Shown in pieces: positions 50,057 to 59,337 of a DNA stretch of 64,000 nt. The notes below the pieces were generated by a model. That model made no database searches. It saw only the letters and a list, made by a program, of their open reading frames with translations, and was not told the DNA's origin. The position numbers and the translations under genes are program-made. This stretch comes from an uncultured delta proteobacterium (GTDB lineage: Bacteria > Desulfobacterota > Binatia > Binatales > Binataceae), in assembly GCA_963711565.1 (NCBI GenBank), contig CAVQEQ010000004.1, forward strand, positions 1,504,001 to 1,568,000, written 5' to 3'. Position 1 is the stretch's first letter, and every line of letters starts with the position of its first letter.

Positions 50057-50719
50057 ATGACCATCAAAGAGCGAATCGGGTTTGTGACCCTGACTCTCGC
50101 CGCCGCCTTCGTCGGAGGCGCCGTGTCGGGACATATCTTCGCCGCCCGCAGCGTTGACGCCGCCAATGCGCCCAGGATGATTACCGCGCAGAAGTTCATG
50201 CTCGTTGACAGTCACGGCAAGACCCGCGGCGAGTTCAACGTCACTCACAACGGCGTCGCGCAAATCGCGGTCTTCGATGGGACCGGCACTCTGCGCGCCG
50301 GCCTCGGCGTCGGCGCCGACGGCGCTCCCGCGCTGGGCATCTACGGCCACGACGGCAAGCCGCGCGCCGAAGTCGGACTTACCAACAGCGTCGCGCGCGT
50401 GGTGCTGTTCGACGCGAACGCGCAGCCGCAAGCCACGATCGGTGTTGCGCCCGACGGTCAGTCCGGCCTCGGCCTGATGGACAGTAAAGGCAATCCGCGC
50501 GCTTCGATTATCGTACAGCCCGACGGCACTCCCACGCTGCGCCTCGCCGACGATCAGCACGGACGCATCGGGATGGATCTGACGCCTGACGGGCGGCCCG
50601 GCCTCGCACTGCTGGGCAGCGACGGCAAGACCCGCGCCTCGCTCACCGTCAATACGGACGGCGTCGGCGCACTGACCTTGTTCGACGCCAACGGCAATGC
50701 AATCAACTCCGTGCCCTGA
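50057..50719 (+). CDS. exported protein with tandem beta-hairpin repeats
   Basis: Signal/TM then repeated D..G..RA.L.V..DG.P.L units; terminator follows. Confidence 0.7.
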   Translation: MTIKERIGFVTLTLAAAFVGGAVSGHIFAARSVDAANAPRMITAQKFMLVDSHGKTRGEFNVTHNGVAQIAVFDGTGTLRAGLGVGADGAPALGIYGHDGKPRAEVGLTNSVARVVLFDANAQPQATIGVAPDGQSGLGLMDSKGNPRASIIVQPDGTPTLRLADDQHGRIGMDLTPDGRPGLALLGSDGKTRASLTVNTDGVGALTLFDANGNAINSVP

Positions 50720-50730
50720 TTGATTCCGCG

Positions 50731-50762
50731 AAGGGCGGCCCCACACAGGCCGCCCTTTTTTC
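50731..50762 (+). terminator. intrinsic terminator
   Basis: AAGGGCGGCC-CCACACA-GGCCGCCCTT followed by TTTT. Confidence 0.75.
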
Positions 50763-50807
50763 CTCCGCATCAACCCCGTGAACCAGTGAGTAGTGAAAAA
50801 GGAACGA

Positions 50808-51302
50808 ATGCCGCGACGCCCGACCTCTTCGATCGCCCTCAGCTTTATAATTGCCGCGCTTTCGGCCGCGCTATGCGGATGCAGCTCGGTATCTCAATCG
50901 ATCGAACCGCAACCGCCGACCGCCGAACAGAAGGCCGAGCAGCTCGAACCGATGCTCGCGGCGGCCGGCTTCCGGATGCTGCCCGCCGACACCCCGCAGC
51001 GCCAGCAGCAGCTGTCGACGCTGGTTCCGCTCAACGTCAATTACTATGTCGGCAAGACCGGCAACCTGCATTACTACATGGCCGATCCCGACTATTGTAA
51101 GTGTATGTACATCGGCACCGAGGAGAATTATCAGCAGTACGAAAAGATCAAACTCAACCAACAGTTCCAGGCGAAGGAAGGCGAGATCTCCCGCGAAGAT
51201 CTCGAAGCCCAGCAGATGGAGGACATGGACATGCAGGAAGAGATGTTCAATCCGTACGGCCTGGGACTCGTCGGCCCGATGGGCCCCGCGATGTACTGGT
51301 GA
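50808..51302 (+). CDS. hypothetical lipoprotein
   Basis: Lipobox LCGC; LAAAGF...YADP..C.C.Y.G....YQQY. Confidence 0.7.
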   Translation: MPRRPTSSIALSFIIAALSAALCGCSSVSQSIEPQPPTAEQKAEQLEPMLAAAGFRMLPADTPQRQQQLSTLVPLNVNYYVGKTGNLHYYMADPDYCKCMYIGTEENYQQYEKIKLNQQFQAKEGEISREDLEAQQMEDMDMQEEMFNPYGLGLVGPMGPAMYW

Positions 51303-51329
51303 CGCGACTTCCACCGCTCCAGCCAAAAA

Positions 51330-52136
51330 ATGGACTTTGACGCTTTCCTCGAGCGATGCCGTGCGCAATGGCCCGAGTTTGCCGACGCGCGCCGCCTCGC
51401 CCGCTCGACTCATCCCGCCGATCGCTCGCTCTCGCACATCCTCGGCGAAATTCCCGGGATGGCGACCGAGAACAAACTGCGCCTCCTCAATTGCGCCGTC
51501 GCCTCGCTCGACGAGGGCGAGGTTTACGTCGAAGTAGGATGCTACAAAGGTGCGAGCCTGGTCGGCGCCGCCGCGTCCAATCCTCACGCGCGAATCCTCG
51601 CATGCGACAACTTCTCGCAATTCGACGGCGCCGCCGACGCGCTCCGCCGCACCCTCGACGCGCACACCGCGCCGGGCCAAGTCACCTTCCACGACATAGA
51701 CTTCCGCGATTTCCTCGCCGCCGCGCCATGGCGTCCCGCAAAGATCGGCGCCTACTTTTACGACGGCGGCCATTCTTTTGCCGATCAGTACGACGGCGTC
51801 GCGCTGGCAATCCCGCACCTCGCCGACGACGCACTCGTCATCGTCAACGATACCAACAAGCGCGCCGCCCGCTCCGCCAACAACCTCGTCGCGCATGTCC
51901 TGACCAATTTCGATCTGATTCTGGATTTGCGCACGTCGCGCAATCACTCGCCCACATGGTGGAACGGCGTCCAGGTCTACCGCTACCAACGCCGCCCCAA
52001 AGACTCCGCGATCAAATTTCCAACCCCGGGTTTCTCGATCCGAAAATTGGTGTACGACGACATCTTCCTGGAAATGAAACACCGCCGCCGCGCCCGCCGC
52101 AAAGCCCGAAAGGACCGCCAACCAACAACTACTTGA
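51330..52136 (+). CDS. class I SAM-dependent methyltransferase (Methyltransf_24-like)
   Basis: YVEVGCYKGAS, YFYDGGH. Confidence 0.8.
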   Translation: MDFDAFLERCRAQWPEFADARRLARSTHPADRSLSHILGEIPGMATENKLRLLNCAVASLDEGEVYVEVGCYKGASLVGAAASNPHARILACDNFSQFDGAADALRRTLDAHTAPGQVTFHDIDFRDFLAAAPWRPAKIGAYFYDGGHSFADQYDGVALAIPHLADDALVIVNDTNKRAARSANNLVAHVLTNFDLILDLRTSRNHSPTWWNGVQVYRYQRRPKDSAIKFPTPGFSIRKLVYDDIFLEMKHRRRARRKARKDRQPTTT

Positions 52137-52266
52137 CCCCCTCTCCCAGTGAGCAGATGGCGACCTAAGTCGCCATCTGCGGGCAGCCCCCAACAACCTT
52201 TCCTAACACCGGGTGCAGGGGTCACCCCTGCCCAAGGAGGTGTGGAACCCACGGAGGGTTCCACGT

Positions 52267-53640
52267 TCAATTTATCTCCCCCGTCTCCTTAATCGCCCCG
52301 AGCACCGCGTCGCCCGCGCCTGCCTCCGCGATTCCCAGCTTGTCCAGTATCGTCTTCTGACTAACCCTCAGCCCTCGATCCGCCAGCATCGCGACGATTT
52401 CCGCGAACACTTTCGCATCGCTATCGTCCGGCAGCCCCAACTCGATCTTCGGATACTGGCGCTGCGGTCCCATGTTCAGCTCGACGATCGGCCGCACCAG
52501 GTCGCGCGCGAGCGTCGCCGCCAGTCGCTTCGCGTCCGCATTGAGGATGTCGCGGCGGACGCCCTCATGCACTTGCGCGGCGGCTCGCGAGCCTCCCGAC
52601 CTGGGCATCTCAGTAGTCAATGTCTGTCCGAGGACTGCCTTACTCACTTGCGCATCTAGGTATTGACAAAAGCTCTGATACAATTCCGAACTGCCATTCT
52701 GATGCGCCTCAGTAAACTCTATTACCATCGACTCCGGCATTATCGCCGCCGCGTCAGTGCCTATTCGCGATACCGCATTGAGTAGTGCCTGCTTGTCCTG
52801 TTCCGATGCCCCCGGATGGTATTTGCCGACTCTCAGTGGCTGTCCGAATACCTCAGTGAACGTTACCCAGTCCTTTAGTACGTAGTTCTTGAACAGGTAT
52901 GCCCACCCCGCGGCACGCGCGAGACCGCCGCGTATCGGCAGGCCGGCTTTCGCCTTGGCGAAATGAGTTATGAACTTGTAGGGCGCCAGCGGCGCCGTCA
53001 TCGGCTGAATCCCGATTCCCGGGCGCATCGGCGAGTACATTCCGTCGCCGCCAAAATGCGTCGGGAGCCGAGCCTGCGCGTCGCTCTCGACCGGGATCAT
53101 CTCGCCGTTCAACGTCCGCACCAGCATCTCTTCACCCGAGATCCAGTCGAACGCGAACCAGCGCGGGTCGCGCCACTTCAACAGTGCGGGAAACCATTCT
53201 CTCCCAGAGGTATCCCACATTATTTCAGTGGCCGAGAATCCCTTGCCGACTGCGTCGAGGATGTCGAACAGCACGCTGTCGAGCTGTATCGGGCCATCGA
53301 TAAGTACCTCGCGTACCATCGCCGCCGCGCGCTGATCTTCGGCAGAGCTGGACGCCGCCCGCACAACGACATCGAGTTGTGCGGCCGCGTTTTTCCGAGT
53401 GCCCAGAACCGCCAGGTAATGCAGGTCCTTCTCTTCCATCTCCTCGGCCAGCTCGAGGTACAGATACGGATCGCCGAACTCCGCCTGCTGCAGGATTGCC
53501 GTCAATCGTTCGGGCGTAAGCCCGATCGACGGATGCATCACGGAATATATATTTCGCACTCCGGCCATCGTCGGCGCTGCCTGCTCTTCGCGCAGCATTC
53601 CGGTATCCACTTCGCGACCGTAAGCATCATAGAGTGTCAT
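52267..53640 (-). CDS. Mu gp29-like portal protein (DUF935)
   Basis: LYDAYGR, LAEEMEEKD.H, KGFS..EI.W, F.E.FG.P.R.GKY, SKAVLGQTLT. Confidence 0.93.
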   Translation of the reverse strand: MTLYDAYGREVDTGMLREEQAAPTMAGVRNIYSVMHPSIGLTPERLTAILQQAEFGDPYLYLELAEEMEEKDLHYLAVLGTRKNAAAQLDVVVRAASSSAEDQRAAAMVREVLIDGPIQLDSVLFDILDAVGKGFSATEIMWDTSGREWFPALLKWRDPRWFAFDWISGEEMLVRTLNGEMIPVESDAQARLPTHFGGDGMYSPMRPGIGIQPMTAPLAPYKFITHFAKAKAGLPIRGGLARAAGWAYLFKNYVLKDWVTFTEVFGQPLRVGKYHPGASEQDKQALLNAVSRIGTDAAAIMPESMVIEFTEAHQNGSSELYQSFCQYLDAQVSKAVLGQTLTTEMPRSGGSRAAAQVHEGVRRDILNADAKRLAATLARDLVRPIVELNMGPQRQYPKIELGLPDDSDAKVFAEIVAMLADRGLRVSQKTILDKLGIAEAGAGDAVLGAIKETGEIN

Positions 53641-53657
53641 AATTACTCTCCGGACGA

Positions 53658-53807
53658 TTAGTCAGTTGCATGTTCTTTCGATACCGCTTCGCCAATCTTC
53701 AAGAACCAGTCGCCCCCGCACCGATGACACGGATGCGGCAGCCGAATTAGCGCAAGAATAAACTCGTAGCCGCACTCCTCGCATTTCCACCGCCAGTAGC
53801 TATTCAT
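53658..53807 (-). CDS. 49-aa zinc-ribbon protein (not in ORF track)
   Basis: MNSYWRWKCEECGYEFILALIRLPHPCHRCGGDWFLKIGEAVSKEHATD; fills the terL-portal gap. Confidence 0.65.
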   Translation of the reverse strand: MNSYWRWKCEECGYEFILALIRLPHPCHRCGGDWFLKIGEAVSKEHATD

Positions 53808-53812
53808 CGTTG

Positions 53813-55336
53813 CTAGAATCCACGCGCGTGCGCGGCGGCGAATTCCTCTTCGGCCGGTGGGGGGCCGAATGAATCGAAGCGGCCCGCGAAGAACTCTCTG
53901 TTGGCCGACGGGCGCGCCGGGGTGTATGCGATCAAGCCGGCGTCGGTGCGCGACGCGAAGAATGCGAGCGCCGCCGCCATCGCGGAGTCGCCATGCCGTC
54001 CTTTGCCGTCGCTGCCCGCGCGCCGATCGGAAATTTTCGCGACGCCGTTCTCAAGCACGATCGCGCGATGGTCCGCGAGCACGTCGGCGTCCTTCGGAAT
54101 TTCGATCGTGCCGTCCTCGAAGGCAGCCTTGTAGCGCGGCATATTCTCGCGGTACCAACTCTCCGACAGCATCACCTGCACGATGCGCCCGCCGTAACGC
54201 TGCGCCGCGGTTTCCGCGAGATACTGGCCGTTGCCCCGCGCGTCCATCGCGCCGTTGGTGAAGCGCGGCAGATGGTCCACGACGTAGGTGAGCACCTGCT
54301 CCTGGTTGCGAAACGGGATGTTACGCAGCTCGACGACGAACGGCGTGCGCCGCGTCAGGTTCGCCGCGATTTGCAGCGGCCAGATCACGGTCAGGTCGCC
54401 CGAGCGGCCGAAGTCTTCGCCGAAAAAGCTCGCGCGCGCCGGATCGAGCGTCGCCAGCGCCGGCGCGATATTGTCCTCGCACCACGCCTGCGTTTCCGAG
54501 TAGCGCTCCGCTTCCGGACGCCCCGAAAATTCCGCCGGCATTTCCCAGCGCAGGATCGGGATTCCGGCTTTCATCCGCGCTTCGATCAGCACCGAGCTCA
54601 GGTACGCGCCGGACGACGCGCGCGGGACACAGAACAACTCTTCGCCGACGTTATCGCCGTAGTAATCGACAATCTGCTGGCGCCATTCGCGCTGCTTCGC
54701 CTCGTTCCACTCGGTTTCATTCTGCTCGCAGATTTTTTTGTATAGTCCGTCGGCGAGCGCCTCGTCGAAAGTAGTACGATGAAGTGAGTATGGCCAGCGG
54801 CAGGCGCGAATCTCACTGACTAGTTCATTGAAGGGGTTTTGCGCGCCGTTGTGAGTACTGATTATCCGCACCAGACCGCCCCACATGGTAAAGGCCAGCG
54901 CCGCCTTCAGCAGCCCCGCCAAGTCTTCGTGGAAGGCAGCCTCATCTATAACGGCGCATCCGTCCTTGCCGCGCAGGTTCGACGGGCGCGACGACAGCGC
55001 GACGATTTTGTGCCCGGACGCGAAGCGAATGCGATATGCGAGGATGTCGGCGCGCTCGTCCTCGAGCACGATTTCCTCGACCGCCTCGGCCGCCCGATTG
55101 AAGCGCCGCGCCCATCGCGCGGCGGCCTCGATAAACTCGAGCGCCATGTCCTTGTTGTAGCCGATATACCATCCGTCGATTCCGGCGCGGCCGCCGGTCG
55201 CGGCGCCAAGCGCGCGATCGGCCGCCTCGGTCCAGGTGATCCCGATGCGGCGGGATTTCTCGCTGACCTTCACCTGCGACTGGTCGGCCAGCCATCGGCG
55301 TTGATAAGGAAGTAGTATTGAGAGTGGTTCATTCAT
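53813..55336 (-). CDS. Mu gp28-like terminase large subunit
   Basis: LLPYQ, KSRRIGITW, VIDEAAFH, ISTHNG, GEDFGRSGD, HGDSA. Confidence 0.94.
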   Translation of the reverse strand: MNEPLSILLPYQRRWLADQSQVKVSEKSRRIGITWTEAADRALGAATGGRAGIDGWYIGYNKDMALEFIEAAARWARRFNRAAEAVEEIVLEDERADILAYRIRFASGHKIVALSSRPSNLRGKDGCAVIDEAAFHEDLAGLLKAALAFTMWGGLVRIISTHNGAQNPFNELVSEIRACRWPYSLHRTTFDEALADGLYKKICEQNETEWNEAKQREWRQQIVDYYGDNVGEELFCVPRASSGAYLSSVLIEARMKAGIPILRWEMPAEFSGRPEAERYSETQAWCEDNIAPALATLDPARASFFGEDFGRSGDLTVIWPLQIAANLTRRTPFVVELRNIPFRNQEQVLTYVVDHLPRFTNGAMDARGNGQYLAETAAQRYGGRIVQVMLSESWYRENMPRYKAAFEDGTIEIPKDADVLADHRAIVLENGVAKISDRRAGSDGKGRHGDSAMAAALAFFASRTDAGLIAYTPARPSANREFFAGRFDSFGPPPAEEEFAAAHARGF

Positions 55337-55557
55337 TAGCTAGTTGCTATTCGGTTATGTTTCCAATTCCCTCGCCCCACGAGGGGAGAGGGTTAGGGTG
55401 AGGGACATTTTTTGCGGCGCGATTGTCTGTTGCGACGCAGATCCGGAATCTTCGGCGAAATTTGGTCCCTCACCCGCCGCTCGAAGACGAGCGTTGGCCT
55501 ATCCCCTCGTGGGGGCGAGGCAAAGAGTCGCCTTGCTCGGGCACGCAAGAGTCATCT

Positions 55558-56163
55558 CTATATCTCCATCAACACTGCTTTGATCTGCGCGGCCGCGTCC
55601 TTGCTCAGGCCTTTGGTGCGGGCTTCTTCCACCTTTTTTTGTACGGCGGCTACTCCTGCGCGGGTGCGCTCGGCCAGCCTTCGGTGTTCGGTTTCGGTTT
55701 TCGCCAGATTCGACACGCAACGGGCCAGGGCGCCGATGTTTACCGGAGCGACGGTTGCGCGCCTGGTGCTGCCCTTGCCGTTGGAGACGGCGAGCACCTG
55801 GAAAAGCTGAGTCTGTACGAGTCTGAGCAGAGCGGTTTGCATTTCAGCGTCGTCGTTTTTGAATTGCTTACAAACGATTCGGGCCTGTTCGGTCGCGAGC
55901 CGGATCGCATCGAGCTGCTTATCGAAGTTCGCCCCGTATTGGCGTATGGACCTGCTCGAAATCTCGAAGCCATTGTCGCCCAACCACTTCGCCAATTGCA
56001 GCGAGCTATGGAAGGTGCCATCGCTCATCATTGCGTCGAGCTGCTGCTTTAGATCTTTGGGCATCCGCTTGATCTTCCAGGTCTTGGGGGGCTTGGGGCG
56101 GTAGGGCACGCGCTTGGGATGGCCGCCGGGTTCCTTTTTCTTCGCGCCTTTTTTCTCATTCAT
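55558..56163 (-). CDS. Mu gp27-like (DUF3486) putative small terminase
   Basis: KIKRMP..LK..LD, L..WL...GFEISSRSI..YG; position before terL. Confidence 0.85.
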   Translation of the reverse strand: MNEKKGAKKKEPGGHPKRVPYRPKPPKTWKIKRMPKDLKQQLDAMMSDGTFHSSLQLAKWLGDNGFEISSRSIRQYGANFDKQLDAIRLATEQARIVCKQFKNDDAEMQTALLRLVQTQLFQVLAVSNGKGSTRRATVAPVNIGALARCVSNLAKTETEHRRLAERTRAGVAAVQKKVEEARTKGLSKDAAAQIKAVLMEI

Positions 56164-56172
56164 CGGCGGCGC

Positions 56173-56487
56173 TCACCAGTACTTGCGCGGGCGGGCGACG
56201 CCGGCGGGTGACGGGAAGTTGTACTCGACGACGTTAACGCCGGCGGCGGTGAGTTTCGCGAACCAGGTTTCACCGCCTTCGTTTTCGAGTTCGAGCAGGC
56301 CGAGATCGCGCAGGTAGGCGAGTTCGCGCCGCACCGTGTTGAGCGACAGCGAGAGCTTGATATCGGCGAGCACGCGCCAGATAATCTGCTCGGAGACCGC
56401 TATTGGACGGCCGGCGTTAACGACGCGGAGCATCCGCCATCGCGCTTCCTCGCGATTCTTTTGTTCGAGATCAATTCCGTCCGGCAT
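56173..56487 (-). CDS. Mu gp26-like winged-helix protein
   Basis: REEARW..L, ELAYL...GL, LT..GV.VVEY...GVARP.KYW. Confidence 0.75.
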   Translation of the reverse strand: MPDGIDLEQKNREEARWRMLRVVNAGRPIAVSEQIIWRVLADIKLSLSLNTVRRELAYLRDLGLLELENEGGETWFAKLTAAGVNVVEYNFPSPAGVARPRKYW

Positions 56488-56773
56488 ACAACCTGTCCTT
56501 TACCTCTCCGATTTCTCCGCGCATTTCCTCGCGCATCGCATCGAGCTTCGCGTCGAGCGTTCCGCTGAAGCGAATCCAGTCCTCGCGGCGCACGTACTCG
56601 AGCGGCAGATTGACGCGCAATTCGGTCACCTGCCGCTCGAGCTCATCGACGCGGCCCGTGTCGCGCTCATGCTGTTCCTCGCGGCGCTTGAGCAGCCATT
56701 GAATCGTGCTGGCGTTGACCGCCAGGAACGCGATGAAGGTGGCGGCCCATCCGGCTGCGCTGCCCCACTCCAT
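56471..56773 (-). CDS. Mu gp25-like membrane/coiled-coil protein
   Basis: N-terminal TM; LPLEYVRREDWIR...KLD. Confidence 0.7.
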   Translation of the reverse strand: MEWGSAAGWAATFIAFLAVNASTIQWLLKRREEQHERDTGRVDELERQVTELRVNLPLEYVRREDWIRFSGTLDAKLDAMREEMRGEIGEVKDRLYAGRN

Positions 56774-56962
56774 TTTTTCAGGCCGCTCCGGTTTTCATCT
56801 GTGTCAGAACCTCACCCCTAACCCCTCTCCCTTCTGGAGAGGGGAACAATCGCGCGCCGTTGTCGCGCTCACCTTTCTTTTTGCTGTCAGGATCATTTCA
56901 TCTGCCTTCTTTCGCGCGCGACAACGGAGCGCGGCCTTATCACTGCGCCGCGGCAGCAGCGG

Positions 56963-57493
56963 CTAACGCTTCACGTCCGAGACCGACGCTCCCGACGGAG
57001 CTGCTATCGGCGCGGGCGCGACACCGGTCGGGCAATTTCCGAGCGTCACGGTCTGCGGGACGATCAGCTGATTGCTCGAATTGGTGTAGCCGTACACCTG
57101 GCACGAGAACTGACTCGCCTCGGTCTGATAGGTGGTGCTCATCGACATCGGCAGCGCGGGAGTCTTGCCCTCGCAATAAAGCACGAGGCCGGCGTAATCG
57201 ACCTGCGCCTGCGCGTTGCAGAAGTTGGTGGCCTCCATGCTGAGGGCGGCGGCGCTCGGCACGATCGTGTTCTTGCCGCTGATGATTTGTTTGGGCGTCG
57301 GTTCGAGGAGCCCGCCGCCTTGCTGCGCGCATCCGGGAAGGATGAGAGCGCAGAGGAGAAGGAACCTCACCCCTAGCCCCTCTCCCTTCAGGAGAGGGGG
57401 ACGGAACCTAACCCCTAACCCCTTCCCGCGCGGGAAGGGGAACCGGATGGGAGAAGGGAGATAGGACAGAACGGTTTGGATTTTTGAACTCAT
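56963..57493 (-). CDS. hypothetical lipoprotein in lysis region with REP-derived N-terminus
   Basis: RBS GAGG, MSSKIQ...FPFPRGKGLGVRF...LLLCALILPGC lipobox. Confidence 0.55.
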   Translation of the reverse strand: MSSKIQTVLSYLPSPIRFPFPRGKGLGVRFRPPLLKGEGLGVRFLLLCALILPGCAQQGGGLLEPTPKQIISGKNTIVPSAAALSMEATNFCNAQAQVDYAGLVLYCEGKTPALPMSMSTTYQTEASQFSCQVYGYTNSSNQLIVPQTVTLGNCPTGVAPAPIAAPSGASVSDVKR

Positions 57494-57676
57494 TTCGATT
57501 TCACCTCTGGGTTTTTCGGGCGTTAGATTTTCATCGCGGATCTGTCGCCCTCCTCCCCTCTCCCAGAATGGGAGAGGATCGAAGGTGAGGGTCCTTTTAC
57601 AGCGCGCCTTTTGTTTGGCGCGCGAGTTAAGATTCTGGTCATGCAAAGCCTCCTCATAGGCGCGATGCCTTTCCGT

Positions 57677-58234
57677 TCACGGCGCATAACTTACGTGGCT
57701 TGCAGCGGTGCTCAGCGGGTTCGTGAGTTGGCTCAGGCCGGTATCGACGGGGGTCTCGATGTTCAGCGTCACGACGCCGGCGTTGTCGCATCGGGCGATC
57801 GCACGATGGGGCGGGAAGAGCAGCGGGACCGGGCTGGTCGAAACGTCGAGCGCCATCGCGGTGCCGGGGGACATCTCGCCGGGCAGCGGCGCGCGGCCGA
57901 TCGCACAGTCGAGCGTGAAGATCTGATCGTGCACCTGCGCGCATCCGGCGGCGAGCGTGAGGATGAGGGCGCAGATGAGGAACCTAACCCCTAACCCCTT
58001 CCCTCGAGGGAAGGGGAAGAATCGCGCGCATGACGGCGCGGCGAGCAGCAGCGCGAGGGAGATGAGGAACCTAACCCCCGGCCCCTTCCCGCGCGGGAAG
58101 GGGAGCAAGACGTGGAGGACGCCCCTCCCGCTCCAAATAATCCGGTTCCCCTTCCCGCGTGCGAAGGGGTTCCGCACCATCCGGTTCCCCTTCCCGCGCG
58201 GGAAGGGGTTAGGGGTTAGGTTCCTCATCTTCAT
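57677..58234 (-). CDS. hypothetical lipoprotein in lysis region with in-frame REP repeats
   Basis: Four PFPRGKG-type units before lipobox LAAGC; start uncertain. Confidence 0.5.
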   Translation of the reverse strand: MKMRNLTPNPFPRGKGNRMVRNPFARGKGNRIIWSGRGVLHVLLPFPRGKGPGVRFLISLALLLAAPSCARFFPFPRGKGLGVRFLICALILTLAAGCAQVHDQIFTLDCAIGRAPLPGEMSPGTAMALDVSTSPVPLLFPPHRAIARCDNAGVVTLNIETPVDTGLSQLTNPLSTAASHVSYAP

Positions 58235-58235
58235 C

Positions 58236-58580
58236 TTAATTCCCAGCCGCACGTCCGCGCGCGCGGGCGTAGGCGTTGCGGCAGTAGTCGCGATCGTCGT
58301 GGAGAATTTTGAAACGATCCTGGCGCACGATGTCCTGATCGTGGGTGAAGCACGCCGCCAGCCCGGAATCGCGCGGACACGGCGATTGATCGGCGTCCGG
58401 CAAATGCGGCGGAGGATCGAGCGGCGCAATCGCGATCGCCGTCGGCGCCGGCGAAGCTGCCTCCGGCGCGTCGAGATGCGGTGCGTAGGTCGGCGCGCAT
58501 CCTGCGGCTAACAGGCTAGTCACCGCGATCAGCATCAACAGGAGTTTTGTCTTTTTGTACATCTGACTTTGCATCCTCAA
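58236..58580 (-). CDS. Pro-rich lipoprotein, spanin-like
   Basis: LLAAGC lipobox, Pro-rich, overlaps the upstream holin-like gene. Confidence 0.55.
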   Translation of the reverse strand: MRMQSQMYKKTKLLLMLIAVTSLLAAGCAPTYAPHLDAPEAASPAPTAIAIAPLDPPPHLPDADQSPCPRDSGLAACFTHDQDIVRQDRFKILHDDRDYCRNAYARARGRAAGN

Positions 58581-58776
58581 CGTCGGTCGCAGATTGATCG
58601 GCGACTGCGAGTGGAGTGTCGGCGACGACGCGGCCGTAAACCGCGAGCGTGCCGGTGCCTATCGCAAGCATCGCGTCGGTGGAGACGTGGCCGGTGGTGA
58701 AAATTATTGAGAGGCCGGTGAGGATCGAGCCGAGCCCGCCCCAGAAACCTTTGCTCTTCCAGAATGCTTTTTTCAC
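58516..58776 (-). CDS. holin-like small membrane protein
   Basis: KAFWKSKGFWG...LAVYGRV, two TM segments, follows the lysin. Confidence 0.6.
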   Translation of the reverse strand: MKKAFWKSKGFWGGLGSILTGLSIIFTTGHVSTDAMLAIGTGTLAVYGRVVADTPLAVADQSATDVEDAKSDVQKDKTPVDADRGD

Positions 58777-58821
58777 AATCTACGCGTTCTCCGTGCGCGG
58801 GCGTGGATACCAACGAAGCCG

Positions 58822-59337
58822 TTACGCATAGGCGCGATTCAGCCATCCCTTGATGAAGTCGACGCCGCCGTTCTGATTCGCGGCGAGCATCCGGTAATAG
58901 CCGGCGGCCTCCGAGCGCATCGCGGACATCAGCGCGGCCGGCTCGGCGCGGCCGGATGCGAGCACGGTCGCGGAGCCGAGGACGCCGTCTTCGGTCACCG
59001 GCGATCCGCACGCGCGCAGTGCGCGCTGAAGGCATTCGATCGCGTGTGCGGCGCCGATATTGACACTGAGGTCGAAGGTCTTGGCGGCGATTGCGGCGGG
59101 CAGTTGGGCGAAGCCGAACGGCAGCCACCATTCGCGCCAGTAGATGCTCACCGCGGCGTCGCGCGTGAGCGTCGCGATGTTGACGCCCGGATGCGCGCGC
59201 GCGGAAATTCCGAACTTGGTCGCGCCGCCGGGGTCGCCGGGATCGGACGAGTAGCCGCCCTCCTCGGCGAGGACGCGTTCGACGGCGGCTAGAAATTCCG
59301 GGCTGTATGCGTCACACGCGCTGTTTGATTGGTCCAC
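58822..59337 (-). CDS. GH108 endolysin with peptidoglycan-binding domain
   Basis: EGGYSSDPGDPGGATKFGI, FD.SVN.G, LQRAL, DG.LG..T, F.KGWLNR. Confidence 0.92.
   Translation of the reverse strand: MDQSNSACDAYSPEFLAAVERVLAEEGGYSSDPGDPGGATKFGISARAHPGVNIATLTRDAAVSIYWREWWLPFGFAQLPAAIAAKTFDLSVNIGAAHAIECLQRALRACGSPVTEDGVLGSATVLASGRAEPAALMSAMRSEAAGYYRMLAANQNGGVDFIKGWLNRAYA

Noticed and set aside
57365-58222. Clustered CCTAACCCCTAACCCC repeats resembling CRISPR or telomeric repeats
   Set aside because: Irregular spacing, mixed orientation, dispersed copies elsewhere and no cas genes; these are REP-like hairpins
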